Below are positions 12,701 through 24,565 of a stretch of DNA of 64,000 nucleotides, piece by piece. The stretch spans positions 129,071 to 193,070 of the forward strand of contig DF237013.1 of assembly GCA_000708835.1 (NCBI GenBank), written 5' to 3'. Below the pieces are notes generated by a model. It made no database searches. It was given only the letters and a program-made list of their open reading frames with translations, and was not told where the DNA came from. The DNA is from Klebsormidium nitens (taxonomy: Eukaryota > Plantae > Klebsormidiophyceae). A program made the translations under genes and the position numbers. Position 1 is the stretch's first letter. Each line of letters starts with the position of its first letter.

Positions 12701-15272
12701 TGTGCATTGGCCACGGGGGAGGGCACCGATGCCAGCACGAGGGCTGCCAGAAGCCGACGCGCAATCGGGAGGAGTACTGCAAGAACCACAGGGATCAGAG
12801 GTGAGCGACCGCCGCAAAGGTACTCTGAGTGCGTTGGCCGGGGTTACCGATGTCAACGTTGTGGAAGACGTTCTTTCCTGTAGCACGGACTCCCTTTTTC
12901 GCTTCGTTCCCAGGCGGATCGAAACGGCCCCCTCAATATGCGCAGTTTAGTCTCGTGTTGACGCTGTTGGCAACTCTTGGGTAGCCTTCTTTCGTTCTGG
13001 CTTCACACGATGTCCACTCTCAACGTCCGCTTTCGACTCTCAAGCTCCGTTTGAGGCTGGTCATATTTGCCCTTTCACAATTTTGCTACTCATCGGTATA
13101 GCAACGTGAGCAAGAACCCAATGAATTCGGGAAAGAATCCTCAGTCACCTTCGCCATATGCAAAGTTGCACAATGTCCAGACGCTTTTACGCACCTTCCT
13201 TACAGGTAGCAGATTTTCAAAACTTTGAACACAACGAGCTCCTCCCGCTTTTCGCAGGTTGGTGGAAGGCGTCCTCCACCGCATCCGCAACAGTCACGCC
13301 GTACGCCTTCCGGACACGCCGTCCGGGGCGTCCGACTACGGAGAGGGCTTCCACCCCGGACCTCCGGCGCCGCCCGTTCTCCTGGCGTTGGGGGGACACT
13401 CCCAGAACGGAACGCCCACGTCTGGACCCGGTAGATATGAAGCGGGCATGGAGCAGCAAGCGCAGTGGCCAGCCGTGGCACCGGGGGCGGCGGTTGGGGA
13501 GCAGTACGTCCCTGCGTCAGGTGAGGCGGTTTTTGGGTTTGAAAACCTTGCACAGCCCCAAAATCCTTCACGAGCTTTTTTGGGTTTTAAGGTGAAGGGT
13601 TTGCAAGTTGCTGGGCCAATGGGCCCTGCAATGAATGGCGGCAGGTCGCTCCATATAGACGGTCGGATGGTTTGTAAGATTGACAGCCTGGCGCAAGCTT
13701 TGCGAGCGTGAGGATTTGAATGAGGGCGCATCCGACCACTGTACGTTGTGTACGTTGGGAGCACACTCGTTCCATCGAGCTCAGGCTATCTACTGTAGCT
13801 GCTTCGTGCATTCATAACCATCTCTCGAAGGTCAGCTATTCTTACGTCCGTGTCAGGCTTTCAAGTATCGTGGAGCGAAGGTGACCTGAGCCTCCGTAGC
13901 CTACCCTGCAATGCGTTGGGGAACGCTCTGCCGATTCTTTCTTATTGAGCATTTCCAGATACCACTTTGAGAAGCCCAAGTCTTTCTGGCAGATGGTCTC
14001 GAAACTCTTCTCAGCGCTTTTATCGTCCCCGTCTGATTCGCGCTTCTTATCAACGCCCTGTTCTGCTTGCAATCCTCGCCTAGATTCTTTCCTCCATGCC
14101 AGCTCTTACGCACCAGATCACTCCTCACCCTACGTGCTTTGATTATCTTTTATCAACGCCCGACTTAGCTTTTCAGCGTACGGGCCCCGTGCCAACCTGG
14201 ACGTCCGCACCTACGAGCACGTGGGCAGCAAACTTTTCCCCAAAAAATAGCATCTTCCAGTTCCATTCTGATTTCCAAGCGACGTCCGCACTGCAGCGTA
14301 CAGGCTCCGCGCCAACCCGGACGTCCGCAACTACGAGCACGTGAGCAGCGAGTTCATCCAGAAAAATACAGTTTGTTGTGTTCCGATCTAGTTTACAACT
14401 GACTCCGATTGCAGCGTACGGGCTCCGCGCCACCCTGGACGTCCGCAATTACAAGCTCGTGGGCAGCGAAATTCTATCCAAGAAAAATTCGTCTTCCGTG
14501 TTTCGATCTAGCTTTCAACCGTTAACCGACGCCCGACTTTGCAGCAGACGGGCTCCGCGCCAATCCGGACGTCCGCAACTACGAGCACGTGGGCAGCAAA
14601 CTTATCCAAGAGGAATGCATCTTGCGTGTTTCGAGTACGCCCGATTCTGCAGCGTACGGGCTCCGAGCCAATTCGGACGTCCGCAACTACGAGCACGTGG
14701 GCAGCGAGTTCATCCAAAAGAAATCATCTTACATTTTCCGATCTAGTTTTCAACCGACGTCCGACTTTGCAGCGTACGGGCTCCGCGGCAACCCGGACGT
14801 CCGTAACTACGAGCACGTGGGCAGCGAGTTCATCCAAGAGAACCAGGCGTACGTGGTGGGCGAACACGAGTACGTCCCTTTAAGCCTCCGAGAGAACGGA
14901 TTCCGCCCGGATTCCGCCCGACGAGCGGACGCCTCGCCGAGCGGAACTGCGCCGCAGACGTGGTCACAGGGGGCTGTGGGAGCGCAGCTAGCCGGCGAGA
15001 AAGACGGTGTTCCAAAAAGGGTGGAGATGGAAGTAAGAGGCGGAGTCTTCGAGGGAAGGGAAAATACGGAAGCTCCCCCGGTTGGCAGGAGTTTTGTAGA
15101 TCAAAGTCTCGGGCTGGGGGCGGCGCCTCCTATTGTGATACCTAGCGTGGCCGCTGGGGCAGCGGGGTCGGCTGAAAGGGGCAGTGAAGTGGCCCCGCCA
15201 ATGGTTGCACCCCCGATTGTGCTTGGTCAGCAAGCGAGCGTTGAGGGCGAAGTGCCTCCTGAGGTTTCGTAG
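9704..15272 (+). CDS. Tandem C-x4-C-x10-C-x2-H(GGG) repeat protein (WRKY19-like zinc-finger repeat family, no WRKY domain), 6 exons, about 678 aa after correcting a 1-nt frameshift at 10970-10977
   Basis: Exons 9704-9922, 10601-11194, 11583-11845, 12604-12800, 13258-13520, 14773-15272. Eleven Cys/His repeats, e.g. CRLPGCNKSARGKESFCKAHGGG and CQHPDCPKGAEGKTDYCISHGGG. Splice phases reconcile only if one base is added in the G8 run. The start codon and exon 1 are less certain. Confidence 0.8.
14160..14850 (+). repeat. Six-copy tandem array (108-130 bp units) of a 3' splice site plus the first ~65 nt of the last exon
   Basis: The unit YAG|CGTACGGGCTCCGCGCCAACCCGGACGTCCGCAACTACGAGCACGTGGGCAGC recurs with exon-like starts at 14177, 14297, 14415, 14545, 14653 and 14773. 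Confidence 0.95.
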
Positions 15273-16373
15273 TCGACGAGCGGCATCGAAACGCAAGCTA
15301 GCTTACGGTATTGATGCGGGATCTTGATGAGTGTGGATCTGCTGATAACGGTAATAATACGAGGGTTGGGGGAGGGCCAAGAACGACGCAGTTATGTTCC
15401 CGACGTTGTCCATCAAAGCGATCGGACCTCCTCACTTTGAGTTCCAGAGAACAGCTCCAGCGTCCCGGAAAGGACTGGACCCAGTGCTCTCAGAGTAGAA
15501 GCCCTGAGCACCTACTTTCTTACAGTAGCTGCTCGATGAGCAAGGTTTCTCCAGCACTCATGCAAAGCACATCGCGCCGCAGGGCGGCGTTGATAAGCAT
15601 GCTATTGCAGGATCTGACTAGATACGCAAAAATGCCACTGGATCCACATATGCAATGATCCTGCAGTGCGTGCAACAGCGCACATGACGTCGGCCTAGCC
15701 GCGGCTCGATTGGCCACTAGATCATAATCCACGAGTATGCAACGATGTTGCATGCATACAATATACCTCAGGCAATTGCCGTACAACTATAGCTGAGATT
15801 ATAAGTAGTATAGTAGCCGCGACCTAGCTGACCATTATTCGGCTGCATATACGGCGTACATGATCGTGTTTGTTGCATGCGCGCAGTCATATGCATTGTA
15901 TACATCGTCTATACTGCAGGATCACATGGTGGCCATGTGGACCGGTTCCGCCGGGCTAGTATCAGGTATACGGTAGCAACTTAATGCCATGGGGCCGGCT
16001 CCGAGCCTGCCGCCCAAATGCAGCTGTTTTCTGCTGGAACTTCACCAAATGATGATTATTCGTTGGCAAATCCTACGCAATTCACATATATCTCGGCAAC
16101 TACATCTTCCATGCCATCTCCCTGTGGACGTGTGTCGTTATACCTCGTGCATGGTACTAATGGGTTCGAGACGTGTGACCCTACTGCACGCAAAACCTTG
16201 AATTAAAGGCCTTTTCAGCCCGAGGCGATTGCAGACAGACGAGGAGAACCGTGGCAGCAACTCGTTTAATATGAACACCATCGGCTTTAAGCGGACCGGC
16301 CTCCGTTAACAAGAAGAATGTAAGAACCAGCTAAACCATGAGGACTATGAGGACTGGTGCACTTTTCACTTGA

Positions 16374-18604
16374 CTAATGGGTGGAGTCCTCGCAATGCTT
16401 CTCGTAAGCAGAGGCATCAAGAAGATCCTCCACGTCGCTGGGGTTGCTCAACTTCACCTTCAGCATCCACCCGTCGTCGAATGGGCCCTTGTTTACCTGT
16501 CAAAAAGCAGGTTCAGCAAACACATGCATGAGATTGCCTGCTTCGACCTTTATTCTTGGCGATTCCTTGTGCAAGCGTCATGGTATAGCGCGAATGTTAC
16601 CACGAGCTTGATGAGCATAGTCTATGGTTTGTCTCGTATTAATAACAAACCGTGACCAATTGTTCACAGAAAGAGGTAGGCAGCAGGCCATCGCATACTC
16701 AAGGCCACCTCTTCACATCCTCATGAGCAAGAAGCACTGCATCGACTTTCATGATCGCATTGACAGACATCCCCAGACAGGTCCCTTACCAGAGCAGGTG
16801 TCTCCGTCAAAGAATCGTTCCTCTCTACCACCTCCCCCGTAACAGGGCTGTACACATCGCTGGCCGCCTTCACACTCTCCACAACCCCAAAGGTCTCCCC
16901 CTTTGTGACAGTCGCCCCAACCTCGGGCAGCTCAACAAACACCACGTCCCCCAATTCATTCTGCAAGAGAAGTCAGAAGAATCCTTTGGTGTCCAAGCTT
17001 TACTCCGGCGCTTCTTTCAAACAAAAGTATCTACGTTGAACCTGATTTGACGCCAGTTCATCAAGCATGATCCGGAGCAAAACGACGGGCTGCCTCGCTC
17101 ATTCTGGTTTGGGCTGCTTGTGCCGGGGCGCAGACATCGTGAAGTGTCTGCCCCATAAAATTTCCCCGACTCGGCTGCAACTCGCTAAGCTGCCGTGAAT
17201 TGGGATCCGCGGTAGTGCTATAATCAGGTGTCGAGAACTGTTCGAAGCACTGCCACGCTCCTGCGTCAACAGCAGATTAGCATGCTGACCTCGTGCTCAC
17301 CTGAGCAAAGTCGCTGATCCCCACCGTCCCCACACCGTCCTGAACGTTCACCCACTCGTGCGATGTAAGGTACTTTGTACCTTGAGGGGCTGCAGCGGCA
17401 AGTCGATGTTTACACTCAGGTGGCTGGTTTAGCAGATTGCTTTCAAAGCTTTACACAAGAAGATTTTAAGGATATCGTGCCCTCTACTTTTCCTTCTGTG
17501 ACTTGTAAAACTGCGGGCAATAATGGTCCGTCGGTCCACGTCTAGAAATGAGGGATGACGTGGAAAGGCAAGGTCACGAGCTGCAAGTTCTTGCTTCAAT
17601 CACAATGCGTGACTTTTAAGTCATGTACCCCTGCAGAACTGATGGAGAGCCGTAGAGTGCTAGTGTGCCGGGTGTGTGCCAGAGCTTTCCATAGGCATGC
17701 CGGAGACATTCCAGCTTCTTTAGGGTTTGGCCTTAATGCTTCTCACACTTGTCAACATTCGGATTTGCGGCCTACTAACACTAAGAAGTCCTTGCAAAGC
17801 TTGCACAACGATCCCATCAAAACTGCATTTTGATGGAGAAGTGGGCGATGCTAGTGGTGCCGTCTCTAGTGTGCAAGGATCCTGATGCTCCACATTGCTA
17901 ACGATCAACCCAGTGCTTTGCAGGAGACATGCACAAGGACGTCCAAAAAGCAAACCAGCTGCCCAATCTTCCGCCGATCCCAGGCAATCAGCAGAATTCA
18001 TGATTTGGCAGTAAGACAGTAGCACTCCAAGAATTATTCTCCGGCATCGCCAAGCTGACTGAGCAGCGCCAGATTGAGTCTACCAATGCCAAGTCACTGG
18101 CCTATTTCGCAGAGGGTTTACTATGAAATGAACATTCTCGCTCACATGATCTTTACTAGTGCACCTGAAAAGCTAGTCAACTGTGTCACGATTGTGCAAA
18201 AACTGCAGAAAAATCACATTTAAGCGCCGCAGGAGGTCACATTACACATTTCTGTGAGAGACTCGAGTGTGCCAGGGCTTATGCTTTTGTGAAGCCAACA
18301 GGCTTGTGGTAGGTGATCAGAGCTAGCACCGAATTGTGACCCGATATTAGAATGCAAAGCAGGGAACCTCAAGAGAGGTCCAAATACAGATGAGTACACT
18401 GGCATTCGTACGACCAACCAACATCAGCTCGTGCACAACACTTGAGCAGATATTGCTGAGCAAAATTTCAGAAAAGCTAATGTGATTATCGCACGCACCT
18501 GTTGAGAACGGCCTCAGAAAGAACAGCAGAGAAGAAGCGGCGCCAGGCTGGCACCTCATACGGAGAGCGCCAACCAGCTCGGTTGCAACCATCTTGAGCG
18601 CCAT
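16374..18604 (-). CDS. GCSH: Glycine cleavage system H protein, mitochondrial, 4 exons, 162 aa
   Basis: Exons 18604-18499, 17389-17301, 16960-16790, 16496-16374. Motifs [28 protein letters not shown], lipoyl-lysine [23 protein letters not shown]. Presequence-like N-terminus MALKM...RPFST. Confidence 0.96.
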
Positions 18605-19086
18605 TTTAATGAGGTATTTGCTTTCTCGTTTGAATGCAGCCACAAAATACTTCCAAGTGCTGACTTGCCGCCTTGATGTAGAAATGCAGAGCTCAATCCG
18701 CGTTCAAAATCAAGGAAGAAGGGAGCTGCTTCAACCAAGAACTCAATATGCACATGCTGCAGCAATGCGAGGAGTGTGTGGATGAAAGAGTTGCGTAACA
18801 CTGTACTTAGTCTGTAACACCGAACTGTATTCTGGAGCAGATTGTTTCAACCTTCAGAGTCTCTATCAACCGTTGGATAAGAATTTACCTCTTTATCGCT
18901 GATCGGTGTCGTCGATCTGGTCCCAACTGTAAACGCCGTTGTCACGCGCCCGCGGGCGAAACGAAGCTCTCCGCGGCCGCGCTTCGCACTGCTCCTCTCA
19001 TAGGAAGATTGCAGAGCCTTTCTCCTTCCTCTTTCGCCCACCATCACGTAGAGCCTTGGTGGCGGGTCGCGCCCCAATCAGGAAGC

Positions 19087-22000
19087 ATGGGTGAGGCGCC
19101 GCTTCCTGGCCTTTGCATGGTTGGACATGCTGGATTAGAGATGGCCCGACTTTTGCCGGGCGATTGCAGTTACAGCTGAGAGACCGGCTGCAGGAGGGAT
19201 TTCTGAAGGTCATTGTTCTAAGAGAAAGCCTTGGCCACCGATCACATGCTTATGATCCTGAGGTTCCTGTACGGGATTTCACACGATGCAATGGAGGCTC
19301 GTAAACGGGAGTTTATGTTCAAAGATACTGTCCAGTGCCCTGAATGTGCTGGCCCATCTGGGACCCCTTATATGGGTTTGGGGCGCTGATGGCATGCTGG
19401 CATGGCTGCAGGTGCGTACAAGTACATGGAAGAGTTGTGGAAGAAGAAGCAGTCGGATGTGCTGCGGTTCCTGCTTCGTGTGCGCTGCTGGGAGTACCGC
19501 CAGTTGCCGAGCATTGTGCGGGTGACGAGGCCCTCTCGGCCCGACAAGGCGCGCCGCCTCGGATACAAGGCCAAGCAGGTGAGTGAGAAGGTCATCTAGA
19601 GTTCCATGCTTTCCGTGGTCTGGCAGGCGTGTACCATTACCACGGCTGATGTGAACTTACTAATGCTCACCTTGGACCATTGGTAATGGTCTACTGGCAT
19701 GAAGGGGTTGGAGGAGAGGGGAGAGATTGTGGCTGAGATTACGACGACCACAAGTGGGAAGGGATGAAGCCGGAAGGGATGAAGCCCACCCGGACGCAGG
19801 GCACGAAGCAAGCAGAATAGCAGCTCCCTATTGGACATCCTCAACCAAAGCTCAGCGCCCTGTTAGTGGCAAGGATCCTCTGGTCTGCATTTTGAGCAGA
19901 ACCTCAGGCCGGGGATCCGCATAGTGCACAGCAAAAGCCTGCTTTAAACAGGATTAGGCAGGGTTGACATTGCCACTGGCGCAGAAGCATGCTGGTGTGG
20001 CCTGCAGAATTCACTTCAAGGTTGAGGTTAGACGAACTGGCCGAATCTGCATGATTCGGGGTAAATGCACAGAGATTGGCGTCTTAGAACAGATGCAAAT
20101 CGGTGGCAAGAAGGGATGGGCTGATTGGCTGGCTGGTAATGGTGCTCTGTAGGGAAGAAGTTCAAGAATGCCCTGTCGGTGCGGGGTGCAATTAGAAGCA
20201 GTTGCTAGCGGCTGGCAGAGGAAGTGATGTTCAGCCTTTGTCAATCGGGCAAAGGGTTTCTGCAAGGCATAGACGCAGGAACAAAAGGAGCAAGAGAGAT
20301 TGGAATTGAAGACCTGTAGAGCTTCTAGTATTTCCTGTGCAGAGAGTCACGTGTATTCCCACGTTCATTTTGAGGAATATGAAGCGCAGTTCGTGTTCAG
20401 TTTGCACGTACTTGCTCTGGAGCAGCCGTGTGTCTTGGTGGAATTACCTGGCCAGCAGCTTAACACGTGCCCCTTTTCAGTGTGAAACTGGCCAGCTAGT
20501 AGGAGGTCTTCAGTCACAATTGGCGTTGCTCGGCTGTTCCAGTGTCGTTGCTTGGTACTTTTGCAAGGTCTGTGGTTTTGCAGCGCAATCTGCCTCGAGG
20601 TTTGCCCGTTCTGGCAGGAGGCTGGTTTTTTTGCACTTCTGAACCAGTTTGCAGGAAGCTTTCGTTCAGTATCATATAAGGATATCAAGAACTTCATTTC
20701 GTTGCTTCATACTGCAAGCTTGACATGCTTGGGCTTAACAAAGCTATGATCAACAAGCTTTGGCTCCTTTAAAACTTCTATTTGCGGCCGTCTCTCGTGA
20801 CTCTGTGGACCCTCTCATCTCTTAGAGCCCCAGAGCGATAGCAAGCACCACAATGTCTCCGAGCACGCAATTCAGAATTGTGGCATCCAAGTCTCCTATA
20901 TTTACCCGACACTATTCAGCGGTTGTTCCACAATCTGACTGCTCCATCCCGCACATTCGCAGGGCTTTGTGATCTACCGCGCGCGCGTCCGCCGCGGTGG
21001 CCGCAAGCGTCCCGTGTCCAAGGGTATTGTGTACGGGAAGCCGAAGCACCAGGGTATCACGCAGCTCAAGTACCAGGTCAACAAGCGGTCCACCGCTGAG
21101 GAGCGTGTTGGGCGCAAGTGCGGGGGCCTCCGCGTGCTCAACTCGTACTGGATCAACCAGGTGAGGGGGGTGTTTCAAAAACGTCGTTCTTCAGAGGGTC
21201 CGCTTGTCTGTGGTGGACAGGAAGGGGCAATGGAGCGGGGCAAAAAGGGAGAAGAGACTACTTAGGCTCAGACTGTTGTTTTAAGATCAAAAGGGGTTTT
21301 GCGGACCTGTCAGCCGGGGTACCAAGGGGAAACTCTGGTGAGGTGTTTATTGTAATTGGCCTGGCATAAGAGGGGGTGTCACGCGCTAAGGAGAAGAAGG
21401 CGCTTTCATGTTGTGGCTGCCTCCAAAAGCAAGCGTAGCAGGGTTGCCCTTGTTTTTGAGTCATAAGTTTGGGGACATGTGGCTGCTTTAGCAACCTGTT
21501 CAGGAATTTACACCCTTTGCTGCAATAGCTCTTTTGAACCCCTTGACTGGAAGTAGGGCCTCTGAGCTTTTTAAACGTTATAGCGCTTGTAGATTCGATC
21601 CCACATAATGTTCAATGAGTCTGCTTACTCTATGTCCACAAGCGATCCGTTCTTTGCTGCATGCATCCTTACCTGCAGCTGGGAGCTTGGAAGTATTCTT
21701 GTCCAATCATTTCTTCCCGTAATCACTGAAAGATGCGCCACAGGGGTCTTACTTCGGCTCCTCTTGTCTTCCCGTCTTCGCCTTATCCGATCGTTGCCCC
21801 TTCGATCTTGGAAGTCGATGTTGAGATTTTGTAACATGATTGCGTTTTCCTCTTGAAAAGATTTGAGTACGCGCTTGTTTAGTTCTCCTCCTGCTTTGGA
21901 GCTTTTTCACACATGAGAAGCCCCAGCTCCGGTTACCGCTAATCCACGTAAGGATATTGTACACAGAGTTTTTGATGTATCTTCACCTTTCCACAAAAGA

Positions 22001-23134
22001 GAGGCGCCAGCTCCGGTCAGTGCTGCTTCGATTGCATTTTCTATCTGAGAATATCGTTTTATCGAAAACGATGTATCTAACGTCGCGTTCCTCTGCTCCA
22101 GGACTCCACGTACAAGTATTACGAGGTGATCATGGTCGACCCTCACCACAAGGTCATCCGCCGGGACCCTCGCATCAACTGGATCACCAAGCCGGTCATG
22201 AAGCACAGAGAGCTCCGCGGCCTCACCAGGTAAGGGGCTCACCACGTTTCTCTTTTGGCAAGCATGTTTCTTGTCTCCAATGTGTCGATTGGCACCTTGA
22301 GCAGGGTCGGGGTAGCACCTGCATGACTATCATGATGGTCAAAAGCCAACGTGATTTGGAGTCGACTAAGTTTTGGATGTTCGAGGGTCAGAAGAAGCGA
22401 AGGTCGGGGACGGATTTGAAAGGGGAAAACGGTTTTGGGTCCTAGCGTTTGACAGATCGCTGCGATGCAACAAAAGCCAGTTGCAGTCTACTTCTGTTTG
22501 CTTCCCGGCCTCCCTTACCGCCTTCCATTGGACAAAATGGAACACTGCTCGTCTTCTATCTTGACCTGCTGAGATTCATAATGAATTATGTTCAGAGGTT
22601 CGGAGGCAGAACCTGGATATAGCAGTCACTGCCTCTGGAAAATTAGAAAGTTTCTTCTTACCAAGTCCGAGCGCAGCAGACAGTTTCGACGATCTTCTTA
22701 ACCATATCGTCCCTTATGGACCCACCTTTTCTGTTGTGTCAAGGAGGAAGTTGAAGTCCGGCGAGCTGAACCATATAGCGTTTAATTCTTCAAGAAAGAG
22801 ATGCTTATTATGCTTCGTTTACAAGTGAAGCGGGAAGTGGTTGTTCCCGTCGCGGAAGGTACCCAGATATTGTTGAATTTAGCCCGCATTCCTTATCATC
22901 ATTTTCTCTCACCATTCTTTATTGTCTTCTTGAGCGCAATTTTTGAGGGAGGAAGATCCAGAGACCGAACTTTTCATTGAAAGCTGGCTGCTGAGCACTC
23001 CTCATCTCGTGTGCAGCGCTGGAAGGAAGCACCGGGGCCTGCACGGAAAGGGCCACAACTACACCAAGGTCCGCCCGTCCGTTCGCGCCACATGGAAGAC
23101 GAACAACAGCCTGTCTCTCCGGCGTTACCGATAG
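19087..23134 (+). CDS. RPL15: 60S ribosomal protein L15 (eL15), 5 exons, 204 aa
   Basis: Exons 19087-19090 (ATGG), 19412-19578, 20963-21160, 22102-22229, 23017-23134 total 615 nt. [90 protein letters not shown]. Confidence 0.98.
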
Positions 23135-23747
23135 AGGGATTTGGCTGGTCGTTTCAGAAGTTGACATCCTGGATTGCGTTTTTCATGTCCTTCTGGGGAG
23201 CCAAAGCACCTCTCACCGCCCGTTTGTTGTTGCCAAAGATGTGACGAGATTCAGTGTGATTACATGCTCCACATACTTGGTGTGAGCCTGCTTTTAGCAG
23301 CTCAAACGAATGACGACCGCCTCCAATGCTTGCCCTTTGTGGTGTATCCGATCGATATGCATGATACAACTCCTGCCCTGAGCATGTAAGGTCCTCGAGG
23401 ATTGAAACTCATCATAGGTTGAATGGTATGCCAAGCTATCGAATAGGCTTAAGCAGAAGCAGCCGATGGTCCCGTGGTATTTAGGTGGACGGATGACGAT
23501 GTCCCGGCCCATGCAGACCAGGAGGCACCTCACGAGCATATCATGCACCATTAGTATGCCGGAGTCGATTCCTTTCAATTGCAATTTCCCGGGATATGGA
23601 TGCAATTATTGCACTAGCATGACCCGCCAAGCAAGCTGAAGCGCTCTTTTCAGCAAGCTCAATGATCTGGCACGCGGATTACATCAAGCTGCTAAAGAGA
23701 TGAATTATATCACAGGTGGGGTCCCACTCACAGCCAAGAGATACAGG

Positions 23748-23800
23748 GGAAAAGAGAGAAAATAAGAAGAAAAGAGGAAGAAAGAGAGATAAAGAGAGCC
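23748..23800 (+). repeat. Polypurine (GA-rich) low-complexity tract
   Basis: GGGAAAAGAGAGAAAATAAGAAGAAAAGAGGAAGAAAGAGAGATAAAGAGAG read directly. Confidence 0.8.
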
Positions 23801-24565
23801 GGTATGACCGGTTTTATAAGACGATATCAGACCATCGAGTGGCCCCCGGACAACCGTCCGATACAGATATTGATTCATTATACCCGTCCGGGATCTCTAG
23901 AAAGTCAAGAGTGACGAAGGAATGACGTTGCATCAAATTCTATTTCCGGCGCCTCGGACCCCGGTCTATGATCGACACGTGGTCTTTTTGACACGCGGCC
24001 CAATCAAAACGGCGGATCTTATGTCCATGTCCCTATCTGAGTGGGACCGAAAAGCCATCCTCGAATTAAGCATCCTATCTATAATGGGCGAAGCATCACA
24101 GTACCACGAGCAACACTCGTTCCAGTTTTCAAACCCGAATATATTAACGATTCCACTTCTGTATTAGATCGCGTCAAACCAAAGAAGCCACTCATTGTGT
24201 TGCTTTCTAGCCGCTCACCTCAAGATCTCACAATACAAAGAGCACGAGGGTCATTCGCAACAACTTCTTGCACGTAACTGAACCGAGTCCCATCAAAGTT
24301 GCAAAATGCTTCTAGTAAACAGCTTTGACGTGCAGACGCATGTTTACCATTTCAGAAGCTATGTCGCGGTTGTCAAGGCCGAGTGATTTATCGTCGAAGA
24401 GATGTAGTGTTTCAACATGACAACAGCACCGCTCCTTCTATTTCGACCTTTCAGCCCCTGGATTGGTCAGCAGAAAGACCGTGGGACAAGAGCCGAATCG
24501 GGTCCACCTCGGGGAAGTGCAGATGCTATCAAACACTTGATGTCAAACTGCTCTCTGGCTGTAGC

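Noticed and set aside
12820-12870. Possible very old donor-side echo after exon 12604-12800 (GTGCGTTGGCC...CCGATGTCA)
   Set aside because: Only two short matches separated by gaps; not distinguishable from chance by eye.
14160-14850. Regularly spaced repeats resembling a CRISPR array
   Set aside because: The repeated unit is about 65 nt of coding exon plus splice site, the 'spacers' are themselves homologous intron sequence, the host is eukaryotic and no cas genes are present.
19579-23016. Intronic snoRNAs in RPL15 introns
   Set aside because: Expected by analogy with ribosomal-protein genes, but no clear C (RTGATGA) / D (CTGA) pair with terminal stem or H/ACA layout was seen; needs an Infernal/snoscan search.
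23721-24047. GTCCCAC as a plant snRNA upstream sequence element (USE)
   Set aside because: Neither copy has a TATA box at the expected distance, and no U1/U2/U3/U4/U5/U6 or 7SL sequence was recognised downstream.
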